DNA from: Kineococcus radiotolerans SRS30216 = ATCC BAA-149
GTDB lineage: Bacteria; Actinomycetota; Actinomycetes; Actinomycetales; Kineococcaceae
Direction of reading: 5' to 3'
Length of the DNA: 32,000 bases
Assembly (NCBI RefSeq): GCF_000017305.1
Contig: NC_009806.1
Span: 60,001 to 92,000, forward strand
The notes beneath the pieces were generated by a model. The model ran no database searches and had not been told where the DNA came from. It was given only the letters and a program-made list of their open reading frames with translations. Below, piece by piece: positions 25,128 to 32,000 of this stretch (the stretch's first letter is position 1; the number at the start of each line of letters is the position of its first letter). Made by a program: the position numbers and the translations under genes.

Positions 25128-25143
25128 TCGAACACCTGTTCGA
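25128..25143. promoter_or_regulatory. LexA SOS box (TCGAACACCTGTTCGA)
   Basis: Perfect match to the actinobacterial/Gram-positive Cheo-box consensus TCGAAC-N4-GTTCGA. It lies in the divergent intergenic region between the dnaE2 operon and the XRE-like gene. Confidence 0.9.
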
Positions 25144-25254
25144 TCAGCACTGTAGGGGGTAGCGCCCGATTTGCGCCCACCATGCGTGCCCGGTCGGACC
25201 AACGACCCAGTACCGGGGGCGCCTTGAGGCCTTCCGTGTCGTCGTCCTGGCATC

Positions 25255-25953
25255 GTGGCGCCCATGTCGAACCTGCTGGCGCACCTGCCGCTCGGCCCCC
25301 AGAGCATCGGGGAGGACCCGCCTCAGGATGGGGAAGCCATCGACCGGCGGTCCCTGCCCTACCGGCTCAACCAGGCCTTGAACACCTTCCAGATCGGCTG
25401 CTTGCGCGGCGCAGAAGGCTCTCCCGAACCACACCGCCTCATCCACGCTTCCTTCATCGCCTACCTGGCGCGCCAGCTCGGTGCGACGATCACCGGCGAG
25501 GAGCTGCACGAGATCCGTGAGGGGCGGCAGCTGGAGGCCGACCCGCGGCAGCTGCAGCTGGTCGCGGACGTGCTGTGCGTACCGGGCTGGGTGCTCACCG
25601 AGACACCGCCACCGGGACGGCGCGTCGTCCTGGCCGCCGGGTCCGGTGACTGGCGGGCGACGCTAGTCAGTGACGACGGCGGCGCGCGCCTGAGCACCGC
25701 CGCCGTGCGGGAACTGACCCAGTGGATCAGGAGCTTGCCCAAGGAAGAGGTGAGCAACTCCCTGCTCCCGGTCGTCCTGCAGAGACTTTCCCAGGGACCG
25801 GGCGTGGAGGGGCCCAGCAGCGACAAGCAGGCTCCGGAGTCGCCTCAGGCGTTCTTCGACGACGTCGTGAGGCTGGTGCAGGCGCACGCGCCGCGAGCGC
25901 TCGCCGACGACCATTCGGCGGTCGACGAGTCCGCGGCTCACCCCCTTCCGTGA
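25255..25953 (+). CDS. XRE-like helix-turn-helix protein (hypothetical regulator)
   Basis: The pattern RLNQALNTF...FIAYLARQLGATITGEELHEIREGRQLEADPRQLQLVADVLCVPGWVLTE mirrors actinobacterial XRE-type regulators (LN.LF....S..EVA.....G..IS..YL..LR.G.r.NP....L.ALA.FFGV...YF). High GC3. The start is GTG 25255 or ATG 25264. Confidence 0.5.
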   Translation: MAPMSNLLAHLPLGPQSIGEDPPQDGEAIDRRSLPYRLNQALNTFQIGCLRGAEGSPEPHRLIHASFIAYLARQLGATITGEELHEIREGRQLEADPRQLQLVADVLCVPGWVLTETPPPGRRVVLAAGSGDWRATLVSDDGGARLSTAAVRELTQWIRSLPKEEVSNSLLPVVLQRLSQGPGVEGPSSDKQAPESPQAFFDDVVRLVQAHAPRALADDHSAVDESAAHPLP

Positions 25954-25959
25954 GTGCGA

Positions 25960-26200
25960 AGTCGCCCAGGCGGTCTGGGAGTGGCATCTCGTAGGACGTT
26001 GGTACCAGTCCTGCATCAGGACACCAGTGACACCGTCGGTCTTGGTGGTAACACCTTTCAAGCCCCCGGATCTGCGGGTGAAGGGCGTTCGTGCCTGCAA
26101 GCGATGCACCTTCGACTTGCCGTTCGAGTAGTCGATAACCGGGCCGACACCCAGTTCGCGATGAGCGGGTCGTTCGATCACCGCATCGGCCACCGCGGGG
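25960..26200 (-). pseudogene. Possible C-terminal remnant of an IS110-family transposase (Transposase_20-like)
   Basis: The minus-strand translation RELGVGPVIDYSNGKSKVHRLQARTPFTRRSGGLKGV can be aligned by eye to the IS110 C-terminal consensus (laaylGLvPrqrqSGgkvrrgrisKrGnrrLR). There is no N-terminal part and no start codon. GC is locally lower. This is a weak, eye-only match. Confidence 0.25.
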
Positions 26201-26227
26201 GCGCCAGAGCGCCTAGGGTTGCCATCC

Positions 26228-28756
26228 ATGAGCGGCGTTGACACATACCGTGGCATCGCCTACCAGCACGCGCAGGCGGTCCTGTGCGCGCTCGACGTCC
26301 TAGAGAGTGACGCATTCGCGGCGATCCGGGTCGAGGGTGTCGAAGACGTAATCGACATCGAGCTGCTCGACGCGCACGGGAGGGTCGCAATCGGCAAGCA
26401 GGCGAAGGTCCGGTCCGACGACTACACGTGGGCCAAGGCCGACCTGATCGGGCTGCTCCGTCGGTGGGCGGCGGTCGACGCGCCGAATGGGGCATCGTTC
26501 CAGTTCGTGACTGACGGGCGCCTCGGGCCCTCCGGCGAGGAGGTCAGGGACGCCCTGACGCAGGCGGCGGTGGGCGATCGTGGCCCGCTGGCGGAGCTAC
26601 TGGGGGACGCACCCGACGGAGACACCGTCCGCAAGGCAGCCCGCGCCACGGTGGTGCAGGACCCGGGCGGTCTCGGAGCACTTCTCGCCAGGGCCGAGCG
26701 ACAGGTCATCGCGCTGCTCCCGACCGCAAGGTCGGCGGCCGACGCGATGGAGCAAGCGAAGTCCGCTGTCGATGCACTGTTCCGGTTGCTGCTGGACCGC
26801 GCGTGCCGGCCTGACTCAGCAGACCGCGTGGCCTCCCGGCACGAGATCTGCGTAGCGCTCGGGATCCCTCCGAGCGCGGCGGCCGTGGTGCCGTGGGCTG
26901 GCCAGATGCGTGATCAGTACCTCGCGGCCGTGGCCGCACAGGGTTTCGCCGCGGCGGTGCCCACACGACTTCGATTGGAGGTGTCGTCCGGTACCGCCGA
27001 AGAGGTGGGCATGGACGCGCTATTGGGCGACGGGCTGGCGCCGGCTGCCGTCGCTGGGCCGACCGGCGCCGGGAAGTCCACCGCGGCCCGCGAACTCCGG
27101 GCCATGGGCGCCGCGCAGGGCCGAGTCGTGGTCGTGGCGCACGCGGAAACGTACATCCCCGGCCGCATCGACGCGCTCACCGCTGACGCCGTGGCCGACG
27201 TCTTGGGCCGTGACGTCCCGACGCTGACCGGCCGGCAAGTCCTTGCCGAGCCGGGCACGGTCGTCGTGATCGACGGTGTCTCGGAGGTCCCCGAGCCGGT
27301 TCGGGATGCCCTCGCCGAGGATCTCCGGACGCCGGTCGCGACCGGGCGGGGGGCGCGCCTTGTGCTGCTAGGGCGTGGGCTCGCCGCTGTCCGCTCAGTC
27401 CTTCCGGCATCATCCACACCATCCCGGTTCCGCCTCGAGCCGTTCGGGCGGGAGCGTCGGAGGGCCCTCGCCGAGATCGCCCTTAGGGGCGGCGACGACG
27501 CAGTAGAGGCCGATGTCGTCCTCGCGCAGGCGGAGGCATCGCTCGGCGACGCAGCCGGGAACCCCATGTTGCTCGAGATGACGCTTGGCCTCATCGTGTC
27601 CGGGGTCGCGTTCGACGACCGGGCGGCGGTGTACGGAGCGGTCCTCGATCAGCTCGGGGAAAAGGCGGGCGTCGCCGGGCTCGGGATTGCGCAGGTCCTG
27701 CTCGGTGCGTGCTTCGCGAGACTCCTCGATGAGGACCGCCGCTACGCCGATCCCTACACGTGGCGTCGCTATTTGATGGAGGAAGCGAAAGCGCAGGCCG
27801 ACCTGATCGGACCCATCGACGCAAGCGCGATCGACGACGCCGCCCGCAGGTCGGGGCTGATCGTTCGGCTCGGCCATGCCGAAACCGTCGCCGCGGTCCA
27901 CGACTCCTTTGCCGACTACCTCGCAGGGCTGGCCCTGGCGCGCGGAGCCGTCGCATTCCCCACCGACGTGAAACCCGGCGACGAGGAGCGACTGGCGTTC
28001 GCAGCACAGGTTGGCGGGATGGATCGCACGCTCGCCGAAGCCGTAGCGGAGCGCCTTCCATTCGCGCTACCGCGGTTCGGTGCCCTCGATCGGCGCCGCC
28101 CAGGAGCCGATGCACCGGACGAGGTGTCTGCGGTCCTGCGCGCTGTCGTCCCGGAGGGTGTGGCAGCTGGTGTTGACCTGTGGCGCCACACCGACGGTCG
28201 CGTCGTCGCGTTCAGCCGACCGGACAGCGGTGGCTGGCTCTCCGACATGGATGCACGCGCGGCGCGCTCCTCTAGGCCTTGGGTGGTTGGGGAAGCCGGA
28301 CCTGTCGACCTCGCAGTCCGGCTGTGGCGTCAGTGGCTCCTCATGCAACTCGCAGGCAACAACGGCGTCGGTCGGCCGCACCCTAGGACCGCGGAGGAAG
28401 CTCGCGATGCTGTGGCAGCGCACGTAGCTGAGACCGCCGCGGAGACCGACCGGCTCGTTCGCGTGGCGGTGCGAGCCGAGCACCGCGCTGTCGTTGCGGC
28501 CGAGATCGGCCCGATGGGCCTCACCGGACAGGTACACCCTGCGCGGGACGGCCTGTTGCGTCGCGGTCCCGACTGGTCAGTCGTCTACACCCCAACCGAG
28601 GGAATCGACATATCCATTGCTGATGAGCCTTTCGTCGGCGACGACTACCGTTCGCGCGCGGCTCTCGACTCGATGATTGACAGCCCCGCATCGGCTAAGG
28701 CAGCGGAACGAGTAAGGAAGGCGATCAACAAGATGGCCGGAGGGCGGTGGCTGTGA
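26228..28756 (+). CDS. STAND/NACHT-type P-loop NTPase with an N-terminal Cap4/DUF4297-like PD-(D/E)xK nuclease domain and an unassigned C-terminal region (Avs/bNACHT-like defence candidate)
   Basis: - N-terminus: TYRGIAYQHAQAVL...IRVEGVEDVIDIEL...GKQAKV, i.e. a GxxYQ motif plus an E/D...QxK PD-(D/E)xK pattern, as in DUF4297/Cap4 nuclease domains.
- Walker A: GPTGAGKST (27056-27082).
- Walker B: TVVVIDGVSE.
- NACHT-type motifs: GNPMLLEM and HDSFADYLAG.
- The last ~270 aa have no repeat or domain I recognise.
- Start at ATG 26228 (TTG 26219 is possible). The stop overlaps the next gene's ATG (TGATG). Confidence 0.7.
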   Translation: MSGVDTYRGIAYQHAQAVLCALDVLESDAFAAIRVEGVEDVIDIELLDAHGRVAIGKQAKVRSDDYTWAKADLIGLLRRWAAVDAPNGASFQFVTDGRLGPSGEEVRDALTQAAVGDRGPLAELLGDAPDGDTVRKAARATVVQDPGGLGALLARAERQVIALLPTARSAADAMEQAKSAVDALFRLLLDRACRPDSADRVASRHEICVALGIPPSAAAVVPWAGQMRDQYLAAVAAQGFAAAVPTRLRLEVSSGTAEEVGMDALLGDGLAPAAVAGPTGAGKSTAARELRAMGAAQGRVVVVAHAETYIPGRIDALTADAVADVLGRDVPTLTGRQVLAEPGTVVVIDGVSEVPEPVRDALAEDLRTPVATGRGARLVLLGRGLAAVRSVLPASSTPSRFRLEPFGRERRRALAEIALRGGDDAVEADVVLAQAEASLGDAAGNPMLLEMTLGLIVSGVAFDDRAAVYGAVLDQLGEKAGVAGLGIAQVLLGACFARLLDEDRRYADPYTWRRYLMEEAKAQADLIGPIDASAIDDAARRSGLIVRLGHAETVAAVHDSFADYLAGLALARGAVAFPTDVKPGDEERLAFAAQVGGMDRTLAEAVAERLPFALPRFGALDRRRPGADAPDEVSAVLRAVVPEGVAAGVDLWRHTDGRVVAFSRPDSGGWLSDMDARAARSSRPWVVGEAGPVDLAVRLWRQWLLMQLAGNNGVGRPHPRTAEEARDAVAAHVAETAAETDRLVRVAVRAEHRAVVAAEIGPMGLTGQVHPARDGLLRRGPDWSVVYTPTEGIDISIADEPFVGDDYRSRAALDSMIDSPASAKAAERVRKAINKMAGGRWL

Positions 28757-29862
28757 TGCCGACACCCGACAACGAGGCGGCGCTGTGGCATGCGGTGGCA
28801 GAGATGGCAGCGGTCTGGGGAGACCTGCCGGTGGTTCGCCGCTTCGCCGAGCAGCTACCGCGTAACGCGCCCCAGCGCAGGCTCGGGCTCCCAGGCCTGC
28901 TTCAGCACGTCACAGCCTGCGGCGGGATGGTCGCAAGCCACCCGATGAGGCTAGGCACGAACGTGCCCCCGATGCTCTCCCTTGTGCAGGGCCTCGTCGC
29001 GCCGCCCGTCGGTCCGGAAGTTCTAGATCCGTGGCTTGAGGACGCGAGCCGCGTCGAGGGGGCCCACCGCGTCACCGTCGCATGGTTGCGGTCTCGGCTC
29101 CCCGGATACCCGCAGCTCCCGGCCCCGCAGCTCGCGCAGGGAACCCCCCTAACGACCGATGAGTTCACGTACCGACTCCCCTGGACTCGGCAGGAGTTTG
29201 CGGCCGGGTTCCAGTTCCAGAACCCGCCTTTTGAACCGCTGGAAATTCTCGGGGCCACAAAGAATGAGGCCGTACGTGCGGGCGATACGACCCGCCGGCT
29301 CGCACTGGCACTTCTTGAGACAGCGCCGTGGCGTCAGTTGCGCGACGCAGAGCGAGCGCTCTTGCCACCCCACCGCGCAGAGCTCCGCTCGACCCGTCAA
29401 GCGATTACCCAGGCGACTCGGCCAGCACTCATCGACGCCCACGAGCCGGACCGCGCTCTCCCGCGGGACGCCTACCGCCAACAGGTGGTCGTCAAGGCTG
29501 TAGGCGCCCTGTCTGGGCCCGCCCGTGAGTACGCGGACGCTTTCGACGCTGCAGACCGTCTCATCGAGCTTGTCGCTAGCGACGTCTTCGGTCAGCTTGC
29601 CATCTACGGCACCATCGGCCTTGCTGGCGTCAGCGAGCTCGACGTCCGCGGCGGTAACCATGGCAAGGTGGAGTTCACCTTCCAGGACACAGTGCACCCT
29701 GACCCTGGGACGGTCGTCTGGCTGGACGACCCGCTGTTCTCGGACGCAGTGCGCGTGACCGGCCTCAACTACAGCGGCGACCAAATCCGCGGCACACGGG
29801 CCCGGGTAACAGGCCAAGTGCTGGGCGGGACGGCGGGCGTGTTGCCCCGACCCAAACCGTGA
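28756..29862 (+). CDS. Hypothetical 368-aa protein translationally coupled to the nuclease-NACHT gene; no recognisable domain
   Basis: ATG 28756 shares its A with the upstream TGA (an in-frame GTG at 28747 is also possible). High GC3 across the whole ORF. No TM segment, signal peptide, P-loop or catalytic motif recognised. The C-terminal ~90 aa look beta-rich (KVEFTFQDTVHPDPGTVVWLDD...VRVTGLNYSG). Confidence 0.6.
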   Translation: MPTPDNEAALWHAVAEMAAVWGDLPVVRRFAEQLPRNAPQRRLGLPGLLQHVTACGGMVASHPMRLGTNVPPMLSLVQGLVAPPVGPEVLDPWLEDASRVEGAHRVTVAWLRSRLPGYPQLPAPQLAQGTPLTTDEFTYRLPWTRQEFAAGFQFQNPPFEPLEILGATKNEAVRAGDTTRRLALALLETAPWRQLRDAERALLPPHRAELRSTRQAITQATRPALIDAHEPDRALPRDAYRQQVVVKAVGALSGPAREYADAFDAADRLIELVASDVFGQLAIYGTIGLAGVSELDVRGGNHGKVEFTFQDTVHPDPGTVVWLDDPLFSDAVRVTGLNYSGDQIRGTRARVTGQVLGGTAGVLPRPKP

Positions 29863-30085
29863 CGACGCGGTCCCCGAACAACCTGAAGCTAGTACAAGTC
29901 AAGCTGGCGGAGCACCTCCGGCCTCGGGAATGCTCGAAAGACGGACCTGAACAACCCTGCGGCCTAGGCCACACCGCGCGCGACGTCACGCCCATGACGG
30001 GCTGTGTGCGCCGTCGTTGCGGCTGACACCCGCTCCATTCTGCGACTGTCACCGATGTCCTACGACATGACAAACCTGGTGGCCT

Positions 30086-30517
30086 TCACCCGCCTGGGCA
30101 GTCCGGATCGTTAGGCACGCCCATCGACTGGCAGTTCGGCGACACGATGCGCGGCCCATCGGACGTGACGGCCGGCTGCGGCGCCGGCAGCGACCGCACG
30201 CCCGCGATGTCGAACACCCACGTCCATCCGCAGTAGATCAGCGCGGCCACGACGAAGAAGGTCAGCCACCGGCCACGTCGTAAGCCGCTGAGCACCACGC
30301 CCACCATGGGGATGCCGACACCTGTGACAATCGCCCACCACTCCCAGCGGTTCGCCTGCTCCGCGCTCTCGGCACTCAGCGATGCCCCGAAAAAGGTCAG
30401 CCGGGACATGACGGCTTGGACCACGAGAAAGGCCGGCACGACGAACCACGCCACCGCCAGCAACGCCAGACCCAGCGAGCGCTGTCCGTCCTCGGCACCG
30501 GACCGCTGACTAGCCAC
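30086..30517 (-). CDS. Hypothetical membrane protein (4 TM) with a Cys-containing C-terminal tail
   Basis: Four hydrophobic segments with coding-like GC3. C-terminal ...SPNCQSMGVPNDPDCPGG. No family recognised. Confidence 0.45.
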   Translation of the reverse strand: MASQRSGAEDGQRSLGLALLAVAWFVVPAFLVVQAVMSRLTFFGASLSAESAEQANRWEWWAIVTGVGIPMVGVVLSGLRRGRWLTFFVVAALIYCGWTWVFDIAGVRSLPAPQPAVTSDGPRIVSPNCQSMGVPNDPDCPGG

Positions 30518-30600
30518 AAGCGTGGATCGTACTGCGGCCAGGACGATTCGGGCGGATACGCAACCGCCGGAGATAGCGACCCGCCGGCCTGATGAGGCAC

Positions 30601-32000
30601 CTATCCCAGGGCGCTCCTGCCTTCACCCGCGAGCGCCGGGGCCTCCAGATCCCGGAGATCAAGAGGGGCGTGTGCATCGCCCCCGAAGGGACGGGGGCCT
30701 CGCGCGGGAGTGGCTTCTGGTGCCTGCGAGCGGCGGGGGCGCAGACGCGAACGCAGTGACGCCAGGAGCAGCGGCGGGGTGAACAGCGCAATCGGGTGTG
30801 ACATCAGGTGCGTCACGGCCTGCATGACGTCCGCGGCCCGATCATTGCCCTGGCCAGCAAGGCGGGCCACCTCCGAACCCCACCATCCGACGACCGCCTC
30901 GACCGGGCGTGCGCGTTGGGGAGTGGTGAGCAGCTGACGATCCTGCGACGTCGCCATCGTCCACGGCAGGTCAGCGGTACGCGCCAAGCCGCGCTGGAGG
31001 CGACGGGTGTTCAGCCGGCCCCCCTGGGCCTTCATGAACGACCGCTCCAGCAGCAGCCCCTGGCAGGCCGCCACGGTGATGCCGGAGCCGTAGACGGGGT
31101 TCAGCGCGCAGAGAGCGTCGCCGGTCACGAGCAGCCCCGCGGGCCAACGACGCGACTTGCCGTAGTGGTGGCGGACGTTGGCGGTCTGTCGGTGGACGAC
31201 GACGTCGCTGACGGGGGTCATGCCCTTGACCATGTCCAAGGCCATCGGGTCCGGCAGCTTGGCCAGGTGCTCCAGGAACTCCTCACCGTCACGGCTGGGC
31301 CGGTCCTCACCGCGGCCCACGGTCGTGACCTGCCAGTAGCCGTCCTCGACGGGACTCACGATGCACCCGCGGCTCTGCCTGGCCGAGGCGAGCATCAGGA
31401 CTCCGGGCCCTGGAGGACGGGGGCTGGTGAAGCGTCGGGTGGCGTAGCCGACGCGGGCGTCGATCGTCGTAGTCGGCACCGGCGGCAGGCCGAGTCCCTT
31501 CAGCCACGTCGGCAGCCGGGAGGAGCGTCCCGAGGCGTCGATCACGAGGTCGGCGGCGAGGGAGTGCTCACCTCCAGGTGAAGAGGAATGGTCCGTCGGC
31601 TGCAGCTGGATGGTCCAGGCGCCTGACGGGTCCTGGTGCAGGGCCTGCACGCGCGTCTGCTCGAGGACCCGCACGTTGGGCAGGGCCAGGACGCGCTTCC
31701 TGATCACGTGCTCCAGCAGGGTCCTCGAGGAGCAGACCAGGGGGTAGCCGTAGTCGCCGCGTGGTGCCCAGCCGTCGGCGCTGAGCAGGGCCATGCGTCC
31801 GACCTTGAACTCCGGGGCGCCGCGCTGGATGAGCTCATCGTGCAGGCCGGGGAGCAGGTGCTCGGCGGAGAGCAGTCCGCGGTGCAGCAGGATGTGGGTC
31901 TGCTCGCTCTGCGGCACCCCTCGTCGTGCTTGTGGGGTGGTCGGGATGCCGTCGCGTTCGATGATCGTCACCTGGTGACCGGCGTTCGCGGCTGCGGCGG
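30601..32000 (-). CDS. FAD-dependent monooxygenase/oxidoreductase (geranylgeranyl-reductase / aromatic-ring hydroxylase-like); N-terminus runs off the window
   Basis: The frame stays open to base 32000 (...AAAANAGHQVTIIERD is the end of the Rossmann GxGxxG-...-E dinucleotide-binding unit). DLVIDASGRSS and LVTGDALCALNPVYGSGITVA motifs of FAD-dependent hydroxylases. The listed start at 31971 is an internal GTG. Confidence 0.75.
   Translation of the reverse strand, partial: AAAANAGHQVTIIERDGIPTTPQARRGVPQSEQTHILLHRGLLSAEHLLPGLHDELIQRGAPEFKVGRMALLSADGWAPRGDYGYPLVCSSRTLLEHVIRKRVLALPNVRVLEQTRVQALHQDPSGAWTIQLQPTDHSSSPGGEHSLAADLVIDASGRSSRLPTWLKGLGLPPVPTTTIDARVGYATRRFTSPRPPGPGVLMLASARQSRGCIVSPVEDGYWQVTTVGRGEDRPSRDGEEFLEHLAKLPDPMALDMVKGMTPVSDVVVHRQTANVRHHYGKSRRWPAGLLVTGDALCALNPVYGSGITVAACQGLLLERSFMKAQGGRLNTRRLQRGLARTADLPWTMATSQDRQLLTTPQRARPVEAVVGWWGSEVARLAGQGNDRAADVMQAVTHLMSHPIALFTPPLLLASLRSRLRPRRSQAPEATPARGPRPFGGDAHAPLDLRDLEAPALAGEGRSALG

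Noticed and set aside
20633-25155. Very long alternative-frame ORFs over dnaE2 and its upstream gene (20633-22093 minus, 486 aa; 23537-24688 plus, 383 aa; 23944-25155 plus, 403 aa; many shorter).
   Set aside because: Pro/Arg/Gly-rich translations overlapping a polymerase gene with clear PHP and Pol III alpha motifs. These are high-GC shadow ORFs.
25663-26256. 197-aa minus-strand ORF as an intact gene.
   Set aside because: Most of it is antisense to the XRE-like gene, and its start would lie inside the NACHT gene. Only the central segment shows a faint IS110-like resemblance, so it is treated as a possible remnant, not a gene.
26914-28537. Minus-strand ORFs inside the nuclease-NACHT gene (26914-27594, 226 aa; 27591-28115, 174 aa; 27410-27901; 28067-28537).
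   Set aside because: Ser/Arg/Pro-rich antisense frames. The plus frame has Walker A/B and NACHT motifs and consistent GC3.
1-32000. Searched by eye for further LexA boxes (GAAC-N4-GTTC), rRNA/tRNA genes and additional CsoR boxes.
   Set aside because: Only the sites reported were found. The GAAC-containing strings at about 1574, 9137, 13230, 22425 and 22754 lack the partner half-site. Manual scanning can miss degenerate sites.

Overview
High-GC (about 70% by eye) Actinomycetota-type chromosomal segment; the six-frame track is full of long shadow ORFs typical of such DNA. No rRNA, tRNA or CRISPR array was seen.

Left edge: a VKOR-family protein (partial) convergent with the cytochrome c biogenesis gene ccsB.

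About 2.1-17.8 kb: a mosaic metal-homeostasis region.
- A translationally coupled DUF3105-DUF305 pair.
- A CmtR-like ArsR regulator and an accessory lspA, with an apparently decayed gene between them.
- An M15B peptidase and an acyltransferase-3 gene.
- A DUF6153-like gene and a DUF305 Tat-lipoprotein gene behind a CsoR-type box.
- A csoR-copZ-copA operon behind two tandem perfect CsoR-type palindromes.
- A DUF4396 gene and a BNR/Asp-box beta-propeller lipoprotein.
- Many in-frame tandem repeats encoding His/Asp/Met-rich tracts, plus two intergenic tandem-repeat arrays.

Middle: a lipoprotein, a wHTH/Myb-like overlapping gene pair, DUF4193 and a small membrane protein.

Right part:
- A perfect LexA SOS box in front of a two-gene cassette (small Trp-rich protein plus error-prone polymerase DnaE2), with no full-length imuA/imuB.
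- A divergent XRE-like HTH gene and a possible IS110-transposase scar.
- A translationally coupled two-gene cassette. The first gene encodes an 842-aa protein with an N-terminal Cap4/DUF4297-like PD-(D/E)xK nuclease motif set, a NACHT/STAND P-loop NTPase and an unassigned C-terminal region. The second encodes a 368-aa protein with no domain I can recognise. This pair is my best candidate for an undescribed (antiphage-type) system.

Right edge: a membrane protein and an FAD-dependent monooxygenase (partial).
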